A DNA stretch of 64,000 nt. It comes from the human T2T-CHM13v2.0 reference genome, Homo sapiens. A program made the position numbers and the translations under genes. Below, piece by piece: positions 1 through 12,945 of the stretch. The stretch lies in the NCBI RefSeq assembly GCF_009914755.1, contig NC_060947.1, one strand, 5' to 3'. Numbering within the stretch: the first letter of the stretch is position 1; each line of letters opens with the position of its first letter. Below the pieces are notes generated by a model. The model did not search any database. It worked only from the letters and a program-made list of their open reading frames with translations, and was not told the DNA's origin.

Positions 1-2999
1 ATACGTAAAAAACAATACAAAATATTAACAACCTGAAAAGTTTTTCTTTCAAAACATGAACAAAATCAACAAACCATTAGCTAGACTAAGAAAAAAAGAG
101 AGAAGACACAAATAAATAAAAAATGAAAAATAAGGCATTAAAACTTATACCACACAAATGCAAAAGATTATTAGCAACAATTATCAACAGCAATATGTCA
201 ACAAGTTGACAAACCTAGAGGACATGGATTAATTCCTGGACACATACAACATACTAAGATTGAACCAGGAAGAAATAGGAAACCTGAACAGAACAATAAA
301 GAGCAAAAAGACCAAATCAGTGATTAAAAAGAAGTATGCCAAAAAAAAAAGAAAAGCCCAGAACCAGGTGGCTTTACTGCTGAATTTTACCAAACTTTCA
401 TAGAGGAACATCTGTTCTTCTCAAACTATTCCAAAGCATTTAAGGGAATTATTCCAAACTCATTTTATGAAGCCAGCATTACTCTGAAACCAAAACCAGA
501 CAAGGACGCATGCACACACACACAAAGAAAACCACAAGCCAATACTACAGATGAGCATACAAGCAAAAATCCCCAAATACAAGCACACCAAATCCAATAG
601 CACATCAAAAAGCCTATAAAGAAGACATGGTCACAAAGATGGTTCAGCATAACAATTCAATAAATGTTATATGTTCCTTTGACAGAATGAAGAACAAAAA
701 CCATATGATCACCTCAGTAGGTGCAGAAAAAGCATTTGATAAAATTTGACATGTCTTCATGATAAAAAAAAACACTCCCTACAAAGTATGCATAGAAAGA
801 ATGCACCTCAATACAATAAAGGCCATATATGACAAACCTACCCCTAACATCATAAATGAGACAAGGATATCCACTTTCAACACTCTTATTCAGTATATTT
901 TTGGAAGTCCTACCCAGAGCAATTAGGCAAGAGAAAGAAAGAAAGGGCATCCAAATAGGAAAGGAGCAAAATCAAATTGTACCAGTTTGCAGTTGACATG
1001 ATCTTATACATATATAAATACCTAAGGACTCCACCAAAAAAAACTTTTAGAATTGATAGACAAATTCAGTAAAATTGCAGGATACAATATCAACTTACAA
1101 AAATCAATATCATTTCTATACACCAATAATGAACTAGCAGGAAAAGAAATTAAGAAAGCAATTCAATTTACAAGAGCTAAAAAATAAAACACTTGGGAAT
1201 AAATTTAACAAAGGAGGTGAAAGTTCTCTGCAATAAAACCTTCAAAACACTGATGAATGAAATCGAAGAATACACAAAAAATGAAAAGTCATCTTATATT
1301 CATGGAATTAGAAGAATCAATACTGTTAAAATAATGTACTACCCAAAATAATCTATAGATTCAATACAATCCCTATCAAAATACCAATGAAGTTCTTCAC
1401 AGAAATATTTTTTAAAATTGTAACATTTGTTTGGAACCAGAAAAGACCCCAAATAGCCAAAGCAATCTTGAACAAAAAGAACAAAGTTGGAGGCAGTGCA
1501 CTACCTGAATTCAAATTATGCCACAAAGCTATAGTAACCAAAACAGCATGGTGCCAGCATAAAAACAGACACATAGACAAATAGAACAGAATGGAGAACT
1601 TAGAAGCAAATCCATGTATTTACAGCCAAATGATTTTCAATAGAGGTGCCAAGAACATACATTGGGGAAAGACAGTCTCTTCAATAAATGGTGATGGAAA
1701 AACTGTATATTCATATGCAGAAAGATGAAACTCAACCTCTATCTTTCACCAAATACAAAAATAATCTCAAAATAGATTAAAGACAAACATCAAACTTCAA
1801 ACCATAAAACGACTAGAAAAATGCATAGAGGAAATACCTCAGGACATTGGTCTGAGAACAAAAGCAAAATTAGGTAAATGAGATTATACCAAATTAAAAA
1901 GCTGCACAGCAAATGAAACAATTAATAGAATGAAGAGACAACTTGCAAAATGGGGAGAAATATTTGCACACCATTAACCTGACAAGTAATTAATATGCAG
2001 AATATACAAAGAACTCAAAACTTAGCACAGAAACCAATAATTCCATTAAAAATGGGCTAATGATCTGAATAGACATTTCTCAAAAGAAGACACACAAATG
2101 GCCAGCCAGTATATGAAAAAGCGCTCAACATCACTGATCATCAAGGGAATGCGAAGCAAAACCACAATAAGATATCATCTCACTCTAGTTGGAATGGCTA
2201 TTATCAAAAAGAGTAAAAGAATAAATGCTTGTGAGGATGTGGAGAAAAAGGAACACTATACACTGAGGGTGGGAATCTAATTAGTAAAGCCATTATGGAG
2301 AACAGTATGGAGGTTCCTCAGAAAAATTAAAAATAGAACCACTATATAATTCATCAATTCCCCTACAGGATATATATCCAAAGGAAAGGAAATCAATGTA
2401 TCAAAGAGATATTTACACCCCCATGTTTATTGCAGCACAATTCACAATAACCAAGATATTGCATCAACGTTAAGTGTCCAACAACATATGAATAGATAAT
2501 ATCACATATATACAGAAAAGAATCTATTCTGCCATAAAAAGAATTATATCTTGTCATTTGCGGCTACATGGATGTAACTGGAGATAAATATGTCAAGTGA
2601 AATAAGCCAGGCACAGAAATATAAATACAGTATGTTCTCACTCATATGTGGAAGTTAAAATAATTGATTTCCTACAAGTAGAGAGTAGAATAGTAGTTAC
2701 TAGAGGCTTGGAAGGGTATAAGGGAGAGCTGAATAGGGAAAGGTTGGTTAAAGCATACAAACCTACAACTATATAGGAGAAATAAAGTTCTAATGTTTCA
2801 TATTTTTGAAATAGCTGTGTATTTACTCCATATTTTGAAATAGCTAGAAAAGAGGAGTTTGAATGTTTCTAGCACAAAAAATGATAAAAGTTTGAGGTGA
2901 TGGATATGCTAATTATCCTGATTTGATCATTGCACATTGTGTGTACCAAAATATCACTCTGTACTCCATAAATGTACAATTATTTGTCAATTTAAAAAA
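1..2999 (+). mobile_element. LINE-1 (L1MA-type) 3' portion: decayed ORF2 (RT and C-terminal region), 3'UTR and short A tail; runs off the left edge
   Basis: ORF fragments 1387-1584 ([23 protein letters not shown]) and 2098-2280 ([17 protein letters not shown]) are L1 ORF2 sequence. A mammalian-type 3'UTR ends in ...tgtcaatttaaaaaa. Many frameshifts. Confidence 0.95.
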
Positions 3000-3129
3000 G
3001 TGATCAATATTTTTATTGAAGTATTTTTTCACTTGTTTTAAAAAAAGCTTTGTCCCCTACTAAAAAGCCATACAGATAGTTTAATCAGTTCTATTTTTAT
3101 GCAATAATATTTTATGATTCATTTTTAAG

Positions 3130-3370
3130 AATCAGTTTGGCTTTTTTTAATGGTACGTGGTATGGATTGTTTTTGCTTTTTTTCATTTATTTCATAACAA
3201 ATGGTCAATTGTATCAGCATTCTTTAATTGAAATTTCTGCTTTCCAATACATTAAATTCTAATGTATATATGTGTCTGTTTTGGAACTCTGTTATGTTTC
3301 ATTGATATATTTGTCTATTTCTATGCCAGCACCATGTTCTTTTAATTATGATAACTTTATAGTATGTTAG
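3130..3370 (-). mobile_element. Old L1M ORF2 fragment (antisense)
   Basis: ccattgat..ttgtctatttctatgccagcaccatgttcttttaattatg..ctttatagtatgt resembles the reverse complement of L1 ORF2. Confidence 0.6.
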
Positions 3371-3399
3371 TTTTGCTTATGAGCGTCAGATAGTTTTTC

Positions 3400-3454
3400 A
3401 CAAAGAAAGTGACTCTTGACCAGGTATTAAAAGATGCATGGACATTCAGCAGAC

Positions 3455-3485
<31 letters not shown>

Positions 3486-3800
3486 AAATAAGGCATTCCA
3501 GTTAGAAGAAACATGGGCCAATACACAGAGGTATGAAATCAATTGTATGGCATATTTAAGGACTCTCAGCTGTGTTGTATCACTAGAGGACAGTTCTTAT
3601 AGTAGTCCAGGGTGGGTTTTGAGGGCAGAGAAGAAGATTGGGGCATATTATATAAGGGTCTTTCATTGCTTTGTTTAAAAGATTCTGGAATTATTCTTGA
3701 AGCAGAGGAGAGTTACTGAAGGCTTTTGAGTAGGGGAATAATATAATCAGCTGTCTTTGGCAGAAGTGTGAAGATGGTATAAAGAGCTTATGGAACTGCT
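3400..3800 (-). mobile_element. L2 LINE relic containing an A29 run
   Basis: Purine-rich L2-like motifs (aaggcattccag..agaagaaacatgggc..acagagg; gaaggcttttgagtaggggaat). Confidence 0.5.
3455..3483 (+). repeat. Poly(A) mononucleotide run (A29)
   Basis: Seen directly. Confidence 0.95.
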
Positions 3801-5094
3801 GTAGGTATTCAGAGAAAGAAGAGAGCTCTGCAATCTGGATTAGTCAGAAGAAGCTTTATAAGGGAACTGCTAAACTGTGAAGGAATGATAGGATGGGTTA
3901 ATTTAAGGGAATACTCTGATTCATGGGTTCAGGAGGAGAAACCTCTTATATGTTTATTTAATTTATATTTGTATTATTTTTTATCTTATATTTTTTAAGA
4001 ATCAGGTGAGTTAAAATAAATCCGATATTCATTAGGTGCAGATATCTTCCCATGTAATTTAATTCAAGCCAAGGTAGTCTTTGTTACAAAATGGTGCAAT
4101 GTGGCTCTTTTAAGTAATCAAGCTTTAAAATGTCAAATAAAGATTTTTCATTCACCAAAAGAAAGCAATTCTGAGAGAATTTTTAAAACCATTAAGGACA
4201 GACATACCTTTAGTTTAAAAGGCAGCTTGGAAACTCATAGTGAAGGAAAGAGTAAGTGGGCAAGCAAAGCAGAACTTCAAGTTAAAACCTAGGCAGAAAT
4301 TAAATATTTTATCCAACAAAAAAGCAGAGAGTATATGTTTGTGACTTCACTGTTACTCACTTTTAGTAAAGAGCAAGAAAGTGTCAATGGAACATTTTAA
4401 ACCATGAAATGTAATTGTTTTAAAACTGTGATTAATCTGGGATAGATAAAACCAGAGTTCTTTTTAAAATGATTGGACAGCCTGTTGAGAGAAATAGGAT
4501 ACATAAAGCACAAATTAGAAAACCTTCACAGATATCTGTTGTTTCCCACTTGTTCTATGTGGAATTGCATGGCTAACCTAATTATTTACTAACTTTAAGT
4601 AATTTATTATACTTAAAATAACTTTAAAGATAAATATTAGTGAGCATATAGTGTGGACTGTACCAGTTTTTTCTTGGTTTGTCTATGTCTAAGAAAATCC
4701 AAACTGCCATGCCTGCTATTCTAGCTTGATGATTCACCACAAATTACACGGTGGCAACTTCCGGAAATAAAGGCAGAGTTCAGTAGGGACAAACTCAACT
4801 CCTCTCTAGGATCTGTTCTTAAACTTCATCCCCTGAAACATGGGAGAATTTCACACCCCTTGTGCCATAATCTCTTTGTGAGTAAACTGCTATTTTGAGC
4901 CACTGCTTAAAATGGGTTGGTTCTTTATGCTCAAAATATTTTAAAGATTTTAGAAAGAAAAAAAAATATGGGAAAGAAGCCTGATGGTGAACTCTCTTTT
5001 AAATCAGTTAATTGTAGGGAGCAAATAGCTTATGCAGAAATTACAAGTTTTTAAGCAAGGAGATAAATATTGGTAATATTATTCATTAAAAGAG

Positions 5095-5240
5095 GTATTT
5101 GGGGATGAAGAAAACATTCTGGAAATGGATAGTGATGATAGTCATACAACATTGTGAATGTACTTAATGGCGCTGAATTGTACACTTAAAATGGTTACAA
5201 TGGTAAATTTTGTGTTATCTATATTTTACAATTAAAAAAA
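5095..5240 (+). mobile_element. L1MB-type extreme 3' end fragment
   Basis: ggggatgaagaaaacattctggaaatggatagtgatgatagt..acaacattgtgaatgtacttaatg..ctgaattgtacacttaaaatggtt..aaaaaaa matches the L1MB 3' terminus. Confidence 0.8.
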
Positions 5241-6364
5241 TAGTGCATGAGAGAGAGAGAGAGAGTTGGGGTAATTATAGAGAGTTTCCTCAAAGGAGAT
5301 ATTTTCCTCATAGAAAAATACATCCTATATATTTCCATCTTTGTTAAGTTTTAGTTTTTCCTTTTTAAGTGCATGGAACCTGAGTATGGCGAAGATGTTT
5401 CTGTCCCATCCTCAGTCCAGGAAAAATACCAGAAGTTTAAACTGAAGTGAAAAAGCCTGTGAGTCAGGAATAGATACGGTTTTATCAGAGAATAATTATA
5501 GTTAGCGAGTGAGTGATGAAGAGGTTTCAGTGCCTAAAGTGACCAGCCTCATGCCAAGCTCTGATGCCCCACACTCTCAATCAGAGCCAACAGATCAGGC
5601 AGGCAACAAACAGCACTTGTGCCCAGGCCAAGACCTAGGGCAAATTTTCAAAGCTGGTATGATTCAAAGTGAGTTCCAATTAGATTGGGGATCTGATTAA
5701 GCTAATTAGAATAGATAACAGTCTAATTTATTGCAGTAGGTGTTCATTTTACTTCAGGTATTTTTTGCCTTATGATGTTTTCTTTGATAGATTCATTCCA
5801 TCTAGCCATCAAATTCATGGAGTTATTTTTAATAGAGAATATATGTGAACAGAAAAGAGGCTGTCTGCTTGCCTGTGTCTCCCATTTGAGAATATCTCTT
5901 ACTGGGAAATGTAAAGCTACCATCCGTAGGTGTAACAGCCAAGAATGCATATCCATCTTTATGCATTAAGTACTTCCCTAGTTGGCGGGTTGGATTTGGT
6001 TTTTAGGATAGAAGATTGATTCTTGGAAACCATTTCAATAACAGTGACTTATTTTGTTCACTTATTTTACTGAGCCAGAGTTTCCTTCAATCAGGGTATC
6101 TTTTAAAGCCATTTTCTCTTTACAAAATTTGTAAAGTCATTCATTAATGAAGTATACTTTATATACAAGGAAATATACATTTTAAGTGTACAGATTGATG
6201 AGGTTGGACAAATGTAACTCATAAAACTACCAACCAAATTAAGGTTGAAACATTTCCTTTGTGCCCCTCTGTAGGCAATCCCCAGCACCTCCCCCATCCT
6301 TGCCCCAGGCAACCACTGAGTTTTTTCTTGCTATCTTTTTAAAATATAGATTTGTTTTGTATAT

Positions 6365-7562
6365 AAGTCATGCACTATATAACAATGATTCAATCAGTGA
6401 CAGACCACATGTACAACAGTTGTTCCATAAGATTATAACAAAGCTGAAAAATTCCTATTGCCTAGTCACATCACAGCCATCGTAAAATCATAGCATAACA
6501 TATTACTCATATGTTTGTGGTGATACTGTTGTAAACAAACCGACTGTGCTACCAGTCATATAAAAATATAGCATATACAATCATGTATAGTATATACTAC
6601 TTGATAATGATAATAAACAACTATGTTACTGTTTCTTGTATTTACTTATTCTATACTTTTAATTGTTATTTTGGCGTGTACTCCTAATACACAAAAAACG
6701 GTTAATTGTAAAACAGCCTCAGGCAGGTCTTTCTGGAGGTATTTCATAAGAAGGCATTGTTATCATAAGAAGTGAAATCTTCACATGTGTTGTTGCACTT
6801 GAAGACCTTCCAGTGGGATAAGATGTGGAGGTGGAAGGCAGTAATATTGATTATCCTGACCATAATCCTGTGTAGACCTAGGCTAATATGTGTGTTTGTG
6901 TCTTCGTTTTTAACAAAAAAGTTTAAAAGTTAAAAAACAACTAAAAATTTGAAAACAGAAAGAAGCTTATAGAATGAGGATATAAACAATGAAAATATTT
7001 TTGTACAGCTATACAATGTGTTTACATTTTAAGCTAAGTGTTATTACAAAAAAGTCAAATAATTTAAAAATTTTATAAAATAAAAAAGTTATAGTAAGCT
7101 ATGGTTAATTTACTGTTAAATAATTTTTTTAATGAATTTAGTGTACCCTAAGTATACAGTGTTCATAAAGTCTATAGAAGTATACAATAATGTTGTAGGC
7201 TTTCACATTTACTGACCACTCTGTGACACATCCAAGACAACTTGCTCTATTTAAGCTCTATTCATGGTAAATGCCCTATACAGGTGTACCATTTTTTATC
7301 TTTTATGTCATATTTTTACTTTACCTTTTCTGTTTATATATACAAATATTTGCAATTGGTGTTACAATTGCCTACAGTATTCAGTACAGTAATATGCTGT
7401 ATAGGTTTGTAGCTTAGGAGCAATAGGCTGTACAGTATGGCTTAGGTATATAGTAGTCTATACAATCTAGGTGTGTGTAAGTACCCTCTGAAATTCCCAG
7501 ACAAAATCACCTAACAACTCATTTCTCAGAACATATCCCCATCATTAAGCAACACATAACTG
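6365..7562 (+). mobile_element. Tigger3b (MER7-family TcMar-Tigger) non-autonomous DNA transposon, near full length
   Basis: Termini agtcatgcactatataac.. and ..cattaagcaacacataactg are degenerate TIRs flanked by TA. Internal sequence (cataagattataa..gctgaaaaattcctattgcctagt) matches the recalled Tigger3 consensus. About 1.2 kb. Confidence 0.85.
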
Positions 7563-7902
7563 TATTTTAGACCTTCATGTACATGGAATCTTGTAGAATA
7601 TTCTCCTTAGTGTTTGGCTTATTTTGCTCAGCATAAAGTCTGAACTTTATCCATGTTTTTGTGTGTATCAGCAGCTTTTCTTTTTTTATCATGGTGTGAC
7701 TATAACACAGATTTTATCAGTTTAACAGCTTATGGGCATTTGGGTATTCTCTAGTTTGGGTCTATTATAATTATGTGGCTATGAGCCTTTGCATACAAGT
7801 CTTTCTGTGGGCATATGTTATTATATTTCTTGGGTAAATACCAAGAGTGGAATTTCTTGGTCATATAGGTATAGTTACCTTTATAAGAAACAACCAAACA
7901 TT

Positions 7903-8224
7903 GTTTTTTGTTTGTTTGTTTGTTTGTTTGTTTTTTGTTTTTAAGACAGGGTCTCGCTCTGTCACCCAGGCTGGAATGTGATGTTGTGATCATGGCTCTC
8001 TGCAGCCTCAACCACCCAGACTCAATTGATTCTCCTCCCTTAGGCTCTGAGTCGTTGGGACTACAGGTGCATGCCACCATGCTTAGCTAATTTTTTTTAT
8101 TTTTTGGAGAGACAGAGTTTTGCCAAGTTGCCTAGGCTGGTTTTGAACTCCTGGTCTCAAGTGATCCACTGCTTTGGCCTCCCAAAGTGCTGGGATTACA
8201 GGTGCAAGCCACTGTGCCTGGCCT
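7903..8224 (-). mobile_element. AluJ-type SINE with (TTTG)n tail
   Basis: Dimeric Alu with J-type diagnostics (agacagggtctc, gatcatggctc, cagcctcaac). TSD aaccaaac on both sides. Confidence 0.9.
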
Positions 8225-8250
8225 AACCAAACTGTTTTAAAACATAGTTG

Positions 8251-11200
8251 TGGAAGGGGTGGAGCAAGGTAGCCAAATAGATGGCTCCACCAATTGTCCC
8301 TCCTTCAAGGACACTAATTTAACATTTGTCTACACACAGAAAAAGCACCTTCATAAAAAACAAAAATCAAGTGAGTACTTACAGTACCTGCTTTTAACTT
8401 CATATCTCTGAAAGAGGCGCTGGAAGAAGGCAGGAAAGACGGTCTTGAATCATTGATGCCACCCCTCCCCCATCCCCTGACAGCAGTCATGTGGCATGCA
8501 CTTGAAAGTGCAGGAATTGTGAGACATTGGATTGAACTCAGTGCTGCCCTGTCTCGGCAGAAAGCAAAACGAGGCTGAACTCTGCTAATGCCCTCCCATG
8601 GAGGGAACATTTAAACCAGCCTTTGCTAGAGGGGAATCACCCATCCCAGTGGTTAGAACTTGAGCTTTGGCAAGCCTCGCCACCATGGGCTAAAGTGCTC
8701 TGGGGCTCTAAATAAGCTTAAAAGGCAGTCTAGGCCACCTGGACTGCAACTCGTAGGCAAGTTCTAGTGCTGAATGGAGCTCAGATCTAGGCATCTTGGG
8801 GGCCAGGAGAGCTATTGAGATACCAGCCAAGGTGGCTAAGAGAGTGCTTATACCACCCCTACCCAAACCCCAGGCTGAACAGCTTGTGGCTCCAAAAAAG
8901 ATACCTTTTGACTACTTGAGGAGAGGAGAAGGAAGAGTGAAGAGGACTTTGTCTTCCATCTTGGATACCGGCTCAGCCACAGCAGGGTAGGGCCCATTTC
9001 CAGGCCATCTCTCCTGGACAACATTTCTAGACACACTCTGAGCCAGAAGAGAACCCAGTGCCTTGAAGGGAAGGACACGGTCCAGGTAGGACCTATCACT
9101 GGCTGACTAAAAAGCCGTTAGGCCCTGAATAATCAGCAGCGATATCCAGTTAGTATGCCATGGGCCTTCAGTGAGACTCTGAGACTAGCTGGCTTCAAGT
9201 GAGATTCAGCATATTCGCAGCTGGGGTGGTTATGGGAAGAGACTCTTTATGCTTGGAAAAAGTTGAGGAAAAGTAAAGGGCACTTTGTCTTGCACCTTAG
9301 ATACCACCTCAGCCACAGTGGGATAGAGCACCAAGTGGGCACTTAGGGTTCCTGGTTTATGGTTCCAGACCTTGGCTCTTGGATGGCATTGCTAGACCTG
9401 CTGTGGGCCAGAGGGGAGACCAAGGCCCTAAAGGGAGAGTCCCAGGCCAGGCCCCATCCACCACAAGCTCATTAAAGAGTCCTCGGGCCTTAAGGGAACA
9501 TTGGCAGTAGCCTCGTAGTACTCTCCATGGGCCTGTGGTGGTGGTAGCCATGGGGTGAAACTCCTTTGCCTGCAGAAAGGGGAGGGAAGAGTAGGAAGGA
9601 CTGTGTCTCAAGGTTTGAGTGCGACCTCATCTGCAGTAAATAGAACAACAGACAGACTTCTGAGGTTTTTTACTCCGGTTCCTGGCTTCTGAATGACACC
9701 TCTGGGCATGCATGGGGCCTGGGAGAGCTTTGCCACCCTGACAGGAATAACAAAAGCCTGGCTACCTTGACCACCTTTCTGATAATCAAATTCAGTCAAG
9801 TTGCAGGATACAAAATCAACATGCAAAAATCAGTAGCATTTCTACATACCAACAGCAAATAATCTGAAAAAGAAACCAAGAAAGTAATCCCATTTACAAT
9901 AGCAAACAATAAAACTAAATACCTAGGAGTAAATTTAACAAAAGAATGAAATATCTCTGTAATGGAAACTATAAAACATTGATGCAAGAAGTTGAAGAGG
10001 ACACACAAAAAAAGAAGGATATTCCATGTTTATGGATTGAAAGACTCGATGTTGTTAAAATGTCTATACTACCCAAAGCAATCTACAAATTTAACACAAA
10101 CTCTTTGAAAATACCAATGACATTCTTCACAGAAATAGAAAAGAAAATTATAAAATGTATATAAAACCATAAAAGGTCCAGAATAGTCAAAACTATCATA
10201 ATGCAGGAGTCACATTATCTGATTTTAATTTATAATTCAGAACTATAGTAATCAAAACAGGATGGTACTGGCATAAAAACGGACCCATAGATCAGTGGAC
10301 CAGAATAGAGGACCCAGAAATTTACATCCACACATCTAAATCCATACATCTACAGTGAACTCAATTTGGACTTAGGTGCCAAGAACCTACCATGGGGAAA
10401 GGGCAGTCTCTTCAATAAATGATACTGGGAAACATAAATGTTCATATGCAGAAGGAAGAAACTGGACCCATATCTCTCTCCTTATACAAAAATCAAATAA
10501 AACTGGATTAAAGACTTAAATCGAAGGTCTCAACTTTAAAACTACTAAAAGGAAACATTAGAGAAACTCTAGGACATGGGAATAGGCAAAGATTTCTTGA
10601 GTAATACCCCACAAACACAGGCAACTAAAGCAAAAATGGACAAATGGTATCACATCAAGTTAAAAAACTTCGGCACAGCAAAAGAAACAATCAACAAAGT
10701 GAAGAGACAGCACGTAGAATGGGAGAAAATATTTGCAAACTACCCATCTGACAAGGGATTAATAACCATAATATATAAGGAGCCCAAACAATTCTATAGA
10801 AAAAAAATCTAATAATCTGACTAAAATTGGACAAAAGATATGAATACACATTTCTCAAAAGAAGATATACAAATGGCACATGGGTATATGAAAAGCTGCT
10901 TAGCATCATTGATTATCAGAGGAATGCATATCAGAACTACAATAAGATATCATCTCACCCCAGTTAAAATGACTTTTATCCAAAAGACAGCCAATAACAA
11001 ATGCTGGCGAGGACACGGAGGAAAAGGAACTCTCGTCCACTGTTGGTGGGAATGTACATTAGTACAACCACTATGAAGAACAGTTTCTCAATAAGCTAAA
11101 AATAGAGCTACCATATGATCCAACAATCCCACTGCTGTGTACAGAACCAAGAGAAATAAAATCAGTATATCAAAGAGGTATCTGCACTCCCATGTTTATA

Positions 11201-11810
11201 ATAGCACTATTCACAATGGCCAAGATTTGGAAGCAACCTAAGTGTCCATCAACAGATAAATTAATAAAGAAAATGTGGTACATATATACAATGAAATACT
11301 CTTCAGCCATCAAAAATAATGAGATCTTGTTATTTGCACCAACATAGATATAACTGGATGTCATTATGTTAAGTGAAATAAGCCAGGCACAAAAAGATTC
11401 ACTTTGCATGTGTTCACTTATTTGTGGGAGCTAAACATCAAAACAGCTGGACTTATAGAGCTAGAGGGTGGAAGGATGGTCACCAGAGTCTGAGAAACGT
11501 AGTGAGGGGTTGGAGGGATGGCTAATGGATACAAAAATAGTTTAAAATAATAAATAAGACCTAGTATTTGCTAGCACAACAGGGTGACTGTAGTAAAAAA
11601 ATAATTTAGTTGTATATTTAAAAATAACTAAAAGAGTATCGTTGGATTGTTTGTAATGCAAAGGATAAATGCTTGAGGGGATGGATACCCCATTCTCCAT
11701 GATGTGATTATTATGCATTGCATGCCTGTATCAAAACATCTCATGTAGTCCAAAATATATGCACCTACTATGTACCCACAAAAATTAAAATTAAATTAAA
11801 AGTGAAAAAA
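8251..11810 (+). mobile_element. L1MA1/L1MA2-type LINE with its 5' start and 3' end present but a large internal deletion at ~9780
   Basis: 5'UTR begins ggggtggagcaaggtagccaaatag; at ~9780 it jumps to RT-region ORF2 (ctgataatcaaattcagtcaagttgcaggatacaaaatcaac). ORF2 fragments at 9946-11076. 3'UTR ends in cacctactatgtacccacaaaaattaaaa. Confidence 0.9.
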
Positions 11811-11859
11811 GCACATGAAACACTTTAAAAAGCACAACTGGAATACAAATGGAAGATTA

Positions 11860-12172
11860 TATAACTATATCTTATCAATGTTAAATTCAATGAAGTTGAT
11901 AACAGTACTGCAATCACATAAGAGAATATTCTCATTCTTAAGAAATACATACTAAAGTCTTTAGGAGCTAAAAGCCTTGGTGAATGAAATATTCTCAAAT
12001 GGTTCAGGCAAAAATAATATGCATGAGCAAGAGTGCGAATGATGAAGCAAAAAGGATAAAATGCTAGCAATAGATTAATATGGATCAGGAGTATATGGGT
12101 GTTCTTGGTACTATTTTTATTATTTTCAACTTATTTGTAAAGTTTAAAATTATTTCTAAATAGAAAGTAAAA
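11860..12172 (+). mobile_element. Old L1MC/ME 3'UTR fragment
   Basis: tatcaatgttaaattc..gagaatattctcattcttaagaaatacatactaaagt..gggtgttcttggtactattt..aacttatttgtaaagtttaaaattatttc. Confidence 0.65.
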
Positions 12173-12694
12173 ATAATTCACATAATTTTACCATTTTATA
12201 ATTCCACCAGCAGTGGATGAGAATTACAGTTGCTCTACTTCCCTACCAACACTTGGTATGATCAATGTTTTAAATTTTAGCCATTATAAATGTGTAAAGT
12301 GGTATGTCATTGTGGTTTTAATTTGCATTTCTCTGATGACTAATGAAGTTGAGCATCTTTCATGTGCTTCTTAGGCATCCCTATATCTTCTTTTGTAAAA
12401 TATACATACAAGTCTTTTTTCCCATTTTTATTGGGTGATTTTCTTTTTATTATGTTGAAGGGGTTTGTTATGTATACTTAATGACAGTTTTTTGTCAAAT
12501 ATGGGTGTGGCAGATATTTTGTCCTGATCTACGGCTTTCCTTTTCATCTTCACAATATTGTCTTTTGAATAATAGAAATTTTTACTTTCGATAAAGTCCA
12601 GTTTATCAATTTTCTTTTTATGATCCAAATTTTTTGGCTCTAAGAAATTATGTTAAGAAATAATAATGTCATTATTATTATTATGTTGAGTTAT

Positions 12695-12945
12695 TAAGAG
12701 AATGGACTTGAGAGTTACTCAGATCTGAGTTCTAGTGACACAACCACTTAATCTAGTGGCACTACCGTGACCCTGGGCAAGTGACCTAACATCTTTGTTT
12801 CTCAGTTTCCCCATACATAAAATGGGGATAATTTTATTACCTACCTTCCAGAACTGCTTTGAGGAACAAACTAGATAACATACATACAATACTTAATGAT
12901 GTTCTTGGTACATAGCAAACACTTATTAAACAGTAGCTGCTGTTA
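12695..12945 (+). mobile_element. MIR SINE
   Basis: Core gtgaccctgggcaagtgacctaac..ctcagtttccccatacataaaatggggataat. Confidence 0.85.

Larger units (their letters stand above)
6135..12640 (-). mobile_element. Old L1M (L1MC/ME-type) host element, fragmented into ~6135-6360, ~7565-7900, ~8225-8250 and ~12185-12640 by later insertions
   Basis: The pieces are collinear antisense L1 3'UTR/ORF2 sequence (..ccaaactgtttt..agttgt joins accattttataattccaccagcag..). Minus ORF 12428-12628 (KIDKLDFIESKNFYYSKD) is ORF2-like. Confidence 0.75.

Noticed and set aside
4361-4481. Possible minus-strand exon (ctctcaacAG| .. AAA|GTGAGT), and similar lone splice sites near 21600, 34281 and 34711
   Set aside because: AT-rich or unpaired signals of a kind that is very frequent in mammalian non-coding DNA; no independent support.
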